Of a stretch of DNA of 64,000 nucleotides, positions 57,287-64,000 are shown one piece after another (positions within the stretch are counted from its first letter, which is position 1; each line of letters starts with the position of its first letter). The stretch lies in NCBI GenBank assembly GCA_913009335.1, contig CAJVXN010000002.1:11981-75980 (forward strand), given 5' to 3'. The stretch comes from an uncultured bacterium. Its GTDB lineage: Bacteria > Omnitrophota > Gorgyraeia > Ghiorseimicrobiales > Ghiorseimicrobiaceae. The notes under the pieces are model-generated. The model was not told where the DNA came from and did not search any database. It saw only the letters and a list, made by a program, of their open reading frames with translations. Made by a program: the position numbers and the translations under genes.

Positions 57287-57406
57287 CCCGTTAGAGATAG
57301 GTCACCGGAGGTGACCGTCTAGCAAGCTAAAACCAGCGCATGACATTACAAATTCCTTAATCATAAATTCCTTAGATATATATTAGAGGTGTTATCTTTA
57401 ACGGGA
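57287..57406 (+). repeat. TIR-bounded intergenic repeat element, copy 7, degenerate (CCCGTTAGAGATAGG, hairpin GGTCACC/GGTGACC, right end TATCTTTAACGGGA)
   Basis: Read directly. Lies 32 nt upstream of the SH3 gene start. Confidence 0.6.
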
Positions 57407-57407
57407 T

Positions 57408-57710
57408 TTATTTTTTAGGGCCTGCAGCACCCTTTGCGGGCTTAGCTTGGCCGGCAGCGTCATTTGTACCTTCAGTGGCTGCTGCGCCTTCAGCAGTAGG
57501 AGCTTCCGTGATCTTTTCTTTTTTAAGTTTAAGTCTTACGGTTTTTATCTTAGGTAGGCCAATGACAGCGTTGCCTTCTTCCCAGAGTCCTTTTTCCATA
57601 AGGTGCTTTATGCGTTCAATGCGCTTTAGTACTGTTCGTTGCTGCTTTGTCTTTCCTAGTGAAACTAAAGATGGATGTAATGACATGTCTTTCTCCTTCA
57701 TTGAGCACAT
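57408..57710 (-). CDS. small basic protein with an Ala/Gly/Lys-rich tail, hypothetical
   Basis: ORF only; the likely start is the internal MSLHPSL. Confidence 0.3.
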   Translation of the reverse strand: MCSMKEKDMSLHPSLVSLGKTKQQRTVLKRIERIKHLMEKGLWEEGNAVIGLPKIKTVRLKLKKEKITEAPTAEGAAATEGTNDAAGQAKPAKGAAGPKK

Positions 57711-57774
57711 AAGTTACGGAAGCTAAGCTGACGTAACTTATAAGTGCGAAGTGAACCCCGCCAAAGGCGGGGTA

Positions 57775-58335
57775 TTACAGTTTTCGTATAAGGCAATCAT
57801 TGTAAAGCCGTTTTAATTTTTTCTGACTTATTTTCGCCTTATCTTTATTGTTAAACATTCCCACGCAAACAATTACATATTTATTTTTCGGTATAACATA
57901 GGCAGTAAAGCCTTTTCTCTCTAAGGTTAACTTTTCTTTCTCGGCAGATGTTTTATTTTTAAATGAGGCAACTTGAACAGTATAGCCTTTAAAGTCAGCT
58001 AGGTTTCTGCGTATTTTGTTTTTTGGTTGTTTTGTTTCTATTCTGGAATTTGCTTTTTTTATCGGTTCTTTGCCTATTACTTTATTGGTTGTTATCGTAC
58101 TCGGGATCTGGATTACGTTTGAATTATTATCAACTGTTTGTATTTTTCTGCCCTTTTCTATTCCCAAAGCATAGGATACAATAAAAATAACTAAAAAGCA
58201 GATTCCAAGAATAATATTTTTCTCATAGGGAGCGATCTTTTCAAAAAACGATCCCTGTATGCGTTTTTTAGGCGTTGTATTCTTCACATGCGGTGTAAAC
58301 AGTTCGAGTTGTGTAGGTTTATTCTTAGTAAACAT
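57775..58335 (-). CDS. SPOR-domain membrane protein
   Basis: One TM helix. C-terminal GYTVQVASFKNKTSAEK...KGF.AYV SPOR pattern. Confidence 0.55.
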   Translation of the reverse strand: MFTKNKPTQLELFTPHVKNTTPKKRIQGSFFEKIAPYEKNIILGICFLVIFIVSYALGIEKGRKIQTVDNNSNVIQIPSTITTNKVIGKEPIKKANSRIETKQPKNKIRRNLADFKGYTVQVASFKNKTSAEKEKLTLERKGFTAYVIPKNKYVIVCVGMFNNKDKAKISQKKLKRLYNDCLIRKL

Positions 58336-58359
58336 AGCTTATCTATTATATAACGAGGA

Positions 58360-59415
58360 CTATTTCAACTGCAAGTATTTTTTTGACTTTTTGGCGACGC
58401 GCATAAGGGCATCGACTACTTTCGGGTCGAATTGAGTTCCGCTGTTATTCTGTATTTCTTTTAGGGCTCTATTAATAGAGATCCTTTCTTTGTATGCCCG
58501 GCCGTAGACCATTGCTTCAAAGGCATCGGCAACAGCCATGATACGTGCGCCTATGGGGATTTGCCTTTTCCTGAGTCCGGATGGGTATCCTGTGCCATCA
58601 TATTTTTCGTGATGGTACATGATTATGGGAAGTGCGGGACGTAAAACTTGCAGATGCTTGATTATCTTAACTCCTTTTAAGGGGTGGTGTTTGATGATAT
58701 CGAATTCCTGGCATGTTAATTTAGAAGGTTTGGCTAAGATTTCGACCGGTATGTCGATTTTTCCTGCATCGTGCAGCAGGGTTGCGTATTCAAGGCTGCA
58801 TGTTTGTCTTTCGTTTAAGTTCATCTCGCGCGCGATAGTTAGTACCATACGTAGGAATTTAGTTGTATGGGTATATGAGCGGGATGTGCCGATGTCCATT
58901 AAGGTCACAAGCGATTTTATGCTCCCTAGTATTATTTTTTGTTGTTCATCGTAGAGCTGGAGATTTCTTACTGCCATAACAGCTTGCGTGCATATATTGA
59001 TAAGCATTTCCTGATCGAATGACTCAAAGGGCATCTTTTTTGAATTGCGCTTTACGATTAAGAAGCCTATGACATCTTCGGAGATTAAGGGTATGCCCAT
59101 AATTGTGCCGTTACGCACGGAATTTCCGGAACGAATAATTTTTAATTCCATTCGGTTCTTAATCAAGCTTTTTTTCTCAACTATGTATTTTCGCTTAGGA
59201 GTTATAAACGCCCTTAAGTTTGAATATCTTTTGTTGGGATTAAGCAGGGATACTGAACAGTATTCCGCGTCCATAATTTGCGCGGTAAGGCGAGATAACC
59301 TCAATATAAGATTTTTTAAATCAAACGTAGAATTGATAAGACGGTAAACAGTATGCATTGCGGAAAATGCCGTCTTATACTTTCTCGTAAGGGTCGAAGA
59401 GTTTTTTGTGCTCAT
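58360..59415 (-). CDS. GAF plus HD-GYP domain c-di-GMP phosphodiesterase-like protein
   Basis: HD motif (LHDAGK) and HHEKYDGTGYP. Confidence 0.7.
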   Translation of the reverse strand: MSTKNSSTLTRKYKTAFSAMHTVYRLINSTFDLKNLILRLSRLTAQIMDAEYCSVSLLNPNKRYSNLRAFITPKRKYIVEKKSLIKNRMELKIIRSGNSVRNGTIMGIPLISEDVIGFLIVKRNSKKMPFESFDQEMLINICTQAVMAVRNLQLYDEQQKIILGSIKSLVTLMDIGTSRSYTHTTKFLRMVLTIAREMNLNERQTCSLEYATLLHDAGKIDIPVEILAKPSKLTCQEFDIIKHHPLKGVKIIKHLQVLRPALPIIMYHHEKYDGTGYPSGLRKRQIPIGARIMAVADAFEAMVYGRAYKERISINRALKEIQNNSGTQFDPKVVDALMRVAKKSKKYLQLK

Positions 59416-60529
59416 TTAATGCGCCTCTATCAGTCATGCCTGCGATGTAATCACATATCGTACGCCTTAATGACGTGGATGAATCTTTCGGCCTTGCTGA
59501 GTCTGGTAGTTGTTCTGGGTTTAGAAGATATTCGTTAAATAGTTCCTTGATAAAACGCTTTGCTTTGTGTGACATCCGTACGACCCGGTAATGCCGGTAC
59601 AGATTATCCATTAAAAAATTTCGCAACGGAATACGCTCTTTCTGCAATTTTTTGCTAAATACAATCATTTTGTATTTTAGGCTTCTGGTCTGAGCCGATG
59701 ATTTTAAGTTTGAATCAAGCAGCTTCTTTTCCGATTCCGATATTATATCTGTTACTTGTAAATCAATCAATGATTTTATTGCTTGGTATTTGTGCTGGGC
59801 ATCGTTTAGCTTTCCGTATTTGTTGTTTATATCCTTAGATATTTTTGCCCATAGGCCGATTTTTTCCAGTTCTTTCTCACTTAACAGGCCGGAAGTAATT
59901 CCGTCGTCTAAGTCATGGTTATTATAGGCGATTTCATCGGCGATGTCTACAACCTGCGTCTCAAGCGTAGGTTGTAAATTTGGTTTTAATTCCTTAATGT
60001 TTTGTTTTCTATCATATATCGTAGAATGTTTGACTATTCCCTCTCTTACTTCCCAGGTTAGGTTTAATCCCTTAAATTTAGGATAACGTCTTTCCAGTAC
60101 ATCGACTACGCGCAGGCCCTGCATGTTATGATCGAATCCGCCGTATTTACGCATTAATTCTCTTAATGTTTCTTCTCCCGCGTGTCCAAAAGGAGTATGT
60201 CCTAAATCATGCGCAAGGGCGATAGCTTCAACCAGGTCTGCATTAAGGCGTAAGGCAGTTGCGATAGTTCGTGCAATTTGAGCGACCTCAATTGTGTGGG
60301 TTAAGCGTGTTCGGTAGTAGTCTCCTTCGTGGTTAACAAACACTTGAGTTTTATATTCCAGTGAGCGAAATGCCGCCGAATGAATAACTCTATCACGGTC
60401 ACGCTGGTAGCATGAGCGATAAAGATGCTCTTCTTCTTTTATTTTTCTGCCGTGAGAATCTTTGCTCTTTGCGGCATAGGGGGATAAATATTTATCTTCG
60501 AATTGTTCAATTTCTTTTCGTGTTAACAT
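59375..60529 (-). CDS. dgt: dGTP triphosphohydrolase-like HD-domain protein
   Basis: HTPFGHAGEE, HDLGH and DxxD motifs, 384 aa. Confidence 0.7.
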   Translation of the reverse strand: MLTRKEIEQFEDKYLSPYAAKSKDSHGRKIKEEEHLYRSCYQRDRDRVIHSAAFRSLEYKTQVFVNHEGDYYRTRLTHTIEVAQIARTIATALRLNADLVEAIALAHDLGHTPFGHAGEETLRELMRKYGGFDHNMQGLRVVDVLERRYPKFKGLNLTWEVREGIVKHSTIYDRKQNIKELKPNLQPTLETQVVDIADEIAYNNHDLDDGITSGLLSEKELEKIGLWAKISKDINNKYGKLNDAQHKYQAIKSLIDLQVTDIISESEKKLLDSNLKSSAQTRSLKYKMIVFSKKLQKERIPLRNFLMDNLYRHYRVVRMSHKAKRFIKELFNEYLLNPEQLPDSARPKDSSTSLRRTICDYIAGMTDRGALNEHKKLFDPYEKV

Positions 60530-60574
60530 ATAATTAAGCTTTAAGAGGCGTTTTTGGCGATATTATTTTCACGC

Positions 60575-61111
60575 TTATTTTGCAGCGCGATTTTTTAATT
60601 TTTGAGTTTTTATAATTTCACTATTTAATGCATCGTAAAGTGATTTTAACGATTGAGAAATAACTTTTGTTTTGGAAATAACAGGCATAAAATTCGTATC
60701 TCCGATCCAGCGCGGTACAATGTGAATATGCATATGTCCGGGGATACCTGCACCGGCAATTTTACCGAGGTTTATTCCGATATTGTATCCTTGCGAGTTA
60801 AGGGTTTTCGTCAGGGTTGTTTGCATGAAGGATGTAGTTTTTATTAGGTCCAGTATTTCGCTATCTTTTAAATCCGAAAAATTCTTTACATGGCGGTACG
60901 GGGTGACCATCAAGTGGCCGTTGTTATAGGGGAATAAATTAATCATTACAAAACAAAGCTTAGATCTAAAGACTACAAAATTTTTCCGGTCATATTTTTT
61001 CTGATCCGTCTTCAAAGAATATATCTTTTTTGCGCGGCAGAAAAGACAATGTTTATTTTTGAGATGATTTTTTATATAAGTTATGCGCCAGGGGGCCCAA
61101 AGTTTATTCAT
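60575..61111 (-). CDS. HIT-superfamily protein
   Basis: Histidine triad HMHIHIVPR. Confidence 0.6.
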   Translation of the reverse strand: MNKLWAPWRITYIKNHLKNKHCLFCRAKKIYSLKTDQKKYDRKNFVVFRSKLCFVMINLFPYNNGHLMVTPYRHVKNFSDLKDSEILDLIKTTSFMQTTLTKTLNSQGYNIGINLGKIAGAGIPGHMHIHIVPRWIGDTNFMPVISKTKVISQSLKSLYDALNSEIIKTQKLKNRAAK

Positions 61112-61595
61112 TATCTAATTTTATGATTTCGGCGTGAATGTTATTATTTATTTTTAAAATGCCGCACGAGTTATATGGCGAAAAAAATGTATCCGTGGGG
61201 CTTCCCGGATTAAAAAATAGTGTTTCTCCTCTTTTTTCATTGAAAGGGCGATGCGAGTGCCCAAAAACAATCACGTCTATATTCCGGTCAAATTCGCCTT
61301 TTACAAAATCCAATAAATAACTAGGATGTCCGCTGCCGTGAATTATTCCGATTGAAAAATTACCTATTTTAAGCACCTCTTTTTTAGGTAATTTTACGCA
61401 GGTTTGCTGCGAATCCATATTTCCGCAGACAGCTTTTACTTCGGCAATCTTGGATAATTTATCAAGCACATCTAGAGAGGTTAGATCTCCCGCGTGAATA
61501 ATTAAATCTACATCTTTAAAGATTTTAAAGATCTGCTTAGGGAGTTTATCGGTGCGCTCGGGTATGTGTGTATCTGAAATAACTCCAATAATCAT
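61104..61595 (-). CDS. YfcE/MJ0936-type metallophosphoesterase
   Basis: GVISDTH ... GD ... GHSH motifs. Confidence 0.7.
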   Translation of the reverse strand: MIIGVISDTHIPERTDKLPKQIFKIFKDVDLIIHAGDLTSLDVLDKLSKIAEVKAVCGNMDSQQTCVKLPKKEVLKIGNFSIGIIHGSGHPSYLLDFVKGEFDRNIDVIVFGHSHRPFNEKRGETLFFNPGSPTDTFFSPYNSCGILKINNNIHAEIIKLDNE

Positions 61596-61735
61596 ATAAT
61601 CCCGGATTTTGCTATTGCAAAATCCGTCCGTAGGGCCGCCAAGAAAAATCTCATCGAGATTTTTCGTAATGGCGGGGTAATCTTAAATTTTGTACGCGCT
61701 TTGGTCACCTACTTACAATCTTATGTTTGTTTATA

Positions 61736-63349
61736 TTAGACGAATATATTAGGCCTTTTGTAAAGTTTCAATAGAGTATTTAAGTCTTGCGTTTGCCAGG
61801 TTATGATTTTTTCCTGAAGAGCTTTTAGTTTCGCGTTTGTCTCTATCGCATTTAAAGTTATTATGATTCTACGCTGTGACCGCGGATGCCCGTAGGTTTT
61901 ACAAACGGATATAAATTCCGCGACATCTGCTGGTGTTATGACATCTTTTTTAATAGCTATAATCCAGGGCATATCAACTGACTTGGCTAGTACTAGCGCA
62001 TCAAAATTTTTAGCGTTATATTGTAATGGTTTTATTTCTTTAAAATGCGAAAGAATAATTTTTTTTCTTTCGATTATAATTGATTCATTAGCGAATAGGT
62101 TAAACAGCTCGATTATCCTATCAATCACATTTTTTTGTAGATGCGATGAAAATGAATCGATTATTTTTGCGATAGCCTCTCTAAAGTTGATTCGTAACAG
62201 CTCCGGATTAACATAATCAATTTCGCTTTTTATCTTATAGATAAGCTCTATCCAGAGAGTCAATGCTTTATCTGTAATATATAAAGTATCGCCATTCTTT
62301 GCTATGATGCCTCTATCGTAAAATCGCGATAATTTTTGCTGGACTATTTTTGTGCTCTTATTTAGATATTTTGCGAGAGTCTTAGATTTATTGTTGCCTG
62401 CAATTATCGCTGATAAAATTTCGATAGATGGTTCATCTTTTCGGTCCGTCGAATCTCTAGTAAAAAGATTCCTAAATTGCTGATTAAGTATACCCCATTT
62501 ATTGAACAGCAAATTTTCAAATGCGGTAATAAAAGTGTTTTCGCTTATGAGGTTTTCTTGCTGCGCGCGCGCAGCAATATTTAATTGATGGCACAATCTA
62601 TCCAAATAAAATGGATTGCCAAGGGTAAAATCAATAAGAAATTTTTTATGAATGTCGCTTATTTGTACGTTTAGATATTGCTGAATAAACCTGTTACTTG
62701 TGTGTGTTGTATAGGGTTTTATTTCTAAGACTTCAAAATTACCGAACAAGAGGGATAATCCGTGAGCGAGTATGTCTTTAGCGCGCGCAACGGATGAACT
62801 TGCGATTAAATACATTGTATTTTTTTGAGTGATGATTTTTTTACCAATATCGCTAAAAATATTTTCACCGCCAATATCTTTTAACCTATGGAATTCATCA
62901 ATGATAAATACTGCCGGCTTATTCGTCTCTTCAAACAAAACTTTAGTCAATTCGAAAATTTCCAGAATTGCTGAGTTTGTTTTTTTCCGCTCGATATTAT
63001 GAATGATTGATTTAATTTTTGCTACAGTTCTAGGGATAAAAGCCTGGGATTTTTCCAGTAAATACGTGAAGTCATTATTCGTTTCGATGCTATGGCTTTT
63101 GAGAAAATTACGCAGTATTTGAATAGAGACACTATTAATTGTTTGGCGTAGGTTAGTAGCGTTAAGTAGTGTATATATTGGCACGATATCGCAACTTTCT
63201 ATATCAGCTAATACGTTGCGTAAAAGTATTGTCTTGCCCGTAAGCGGGCTGCCGATTAGAGCGATATTTTGGCGGTATCCGCTGGTAAGGCCTGCGACGC
63301 GTTTTTTTATTGTTCCGAGAATTTCTTCTCTCCCAAAAACTTTATCCAT
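61736..63349 (-). CDS. AAA-family ATPase (archaeal-ATPase-like with a C-terminal DUF234-like/wHTH region)
   Basis: Walker A GSPLTGKT, Walker B IIDEFH. Confidence 0.5.
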   Translation of the reverse strand: MDKVFGREEILGTIKKRVAGLTSGYRQNIALIGSPLTGKTILLRNVLADIESCDIVPIYTLLNATNLRQTINSVSIQILRNFLKSHSIETNNDFTYLLEKSQAFIPRTVAKIKSIIHNIERKKTNSAILEIFELTKVLFEETNKPAVFIIDEFHRLKDIGGENIFSDIGKKIITQKNTMYLIASSSVARAKDILAHGLSLLFGNFEVLEIKPYTTHTSNRFIQQYLNVQISDIHKKFLIDFTLGNPFYLDRLCHQLNIAARAQQENLISENTFITAFENLLFNKWGILNQQFRNLFTRDSTDRKDEPSIEILSAIIAGNNKSKTLAKYLNKSTKIVQQKLSRFYDRGIIAKNGDTLYITDKALTLWIELIYKIKSEIDYVNPELLRINFREAIAKIIDSFSSHLQKNVIDRIIELFNLFANESIIIERKKIILSHFKEIKPLQYNAKNFDALVLAKSVDMPWIIAIKKDVITPADVAEFISVCKTYGHPRSQRRIIITLNAIETNAKLKALQEKIITWQTQDLNTLLKLYKRPNIFV

Positions 63350-63367
63350 TGGTTTTTAATAAATACT

Positions 63368-63997
63368 TTACGGTAAATAATAAAGGGGATTTTGGGCCCT
63401 ATTCCATCTTCTTACTTGAAAGTGTAGAATTGTTTCTGTTGCTCGGCCGCTAGACCCGGCTTTCGCAATCACAGTACCCTGGTTTACCTTGTCATTTATT
63501 TTTACTAAATTTTGCGAATTATGCGCATAGATAGTAACAAAGCCGTTGTTATGGTCAATTACGATGGTTTTTCCGTAACCTTTCAGATTTTCAGCACAGA
63601 AAGTAACAACCCCTCCGCGCGAACTTGCAATATTCGTACCATATTTTGTCTGTATATTAATGCCTTTATTCGTAATGCGATTATTTTTTTGATTAAAGTA
63701 AGAAATAATTTGACCTTTAACCGGCCATATGAAACTTGCATTGCTGTTTGATTTCGATGAAGCACGCAGTACGCTTTTCTTTTTTTTTACCCCCGGGATC
63801 AATAATTTTTGACCTACGCGTATTTTAGTCTTATCAGCTATTCTATTTACTTTAACGAGTTTTGTTAAGTCTACATTATAGACTTTGGAAATTCTCCAAA
63901 GTGTCTCCCCTTTTTTTACATTATGTATTATACCACGAACACGCGGCATTGGTTTAATTTCTAATGGGAGCCTGTTTCTTGCGGCACATCCGGTCAT
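63368..63997 (-). CDS. LysM plus M23 peptidase lipoprotein
   Basis: Lipobox (MTGCA). LysM (HNVKKGETLWRISKVYNV). M23 motifs (IDHNNGFVTIYAH). Confidence 0.7.
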   Translation of the reverse strand: MTGCAARNRLPLEIKPMPRVRGIIHNVKKGETLWRISKVYNVDLTKLVKVNRIADKTKIRVGQKLLIPGVKKKKSVLRASSKSNSNASFIWPVKGQIISYFNQKNNRITNKGINIQTKYGTNIASSRGGVVTFCAENLKGYGKTIVIDHNNGFVTIYAHNSQNLVKINDKVNQGTVIAKAGSSGRATETILHFQVRRWNRAQNPLYYLP

Positions 63998-64000
63998 TAA

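Noticed and set aside
4118-57406. Integron attC-site interpretation of the ~122-bp repeats (size similar to VCRs, GTTAGAG/CTCTAAC core-like ends)
   Set aside because: The copies are dispersed across 53 kb between large housekeeping and pathway genes rather than forming an array of short promoterless cassettes. The ends do not fit GTTRRRY/RYYYAAC well, and no intI is present.
1-64000. CRISPR array, rRNA operon, transposase/integrase genes
   Set aside because: No short regularly spaced direct repeats, no rRNA-like sequence and no recognisable transposase or recombinase ORF in any frame. The many plus-strand ORFs in the track are antisense overlaps of minus-strand genes.

Overview
This is a low-GC (~38%) bacterial chromosomal segment, with about 70 of 73 predicted protein genes on the minus strand. 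The gene content suggests an anaerobic, probably uncultivated lineage. It carries Wood-Ljungdahl corrinoid-protein genes (acsC, RACo, cooC, acsD, acsE), an FmdE-like gene, larB, methionine-salvage genes (mtnA, a class II aldolase and a nucleoside phosphorylase), housekeeping genes (ftsH, tilS, folP, pdxJ, acpS, gatCAB, tsaD, aroB, dgt), and tRNA-Gly, tRNA-Thr and tRNA-Met.

The signals most worth a second look are listed below.
- A family of seven ~122 bp intergenic repeat elements with 14-bp terminal inverted repeats (CCCCGTTAGAGATA / TATCTCTAACGGGG). Each carries an internal hairpin whose sequence differs between copies by compensatory changes that keep it paired. All copies sit between co-directional genes, a few nt upstream of a start codon, and two overlap gene 3' ends.
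- A type II PKS-like lipid/polyketide cluster at 2.2-13.6 kb. It contains an active KS, a catalytically dead KS partner (CLF-like), an ACP, SRPBCC and PF04199 cyclases, an SDR, an MFS transporter, a B12-radical SAM enzyme, a TIGR04076-like protein, a ketopantoate-reductase-like gene and an ALDH.
- A four-gene cluster resembling a sigma (Csu/SCPU-type) chaperone-usher pilus.
- A 3x117 bp near-identical tandem repeat with internal hairpins upstream of the ALDH gene.
- A ~335 nt tRNA-like-terminated structured RNA candidate (tmRNA-like).
- A ~1 kb segment next to tRNA-Met, flanked by ~125 bp direct repeats, carrying a nucleotidyltransferase/TA-like pair.
- A second conserved hairpin family (ATAACYTTACATTT).

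Protein functions are inferred by eye from motifs in the supplied translations. No database searches were possible.
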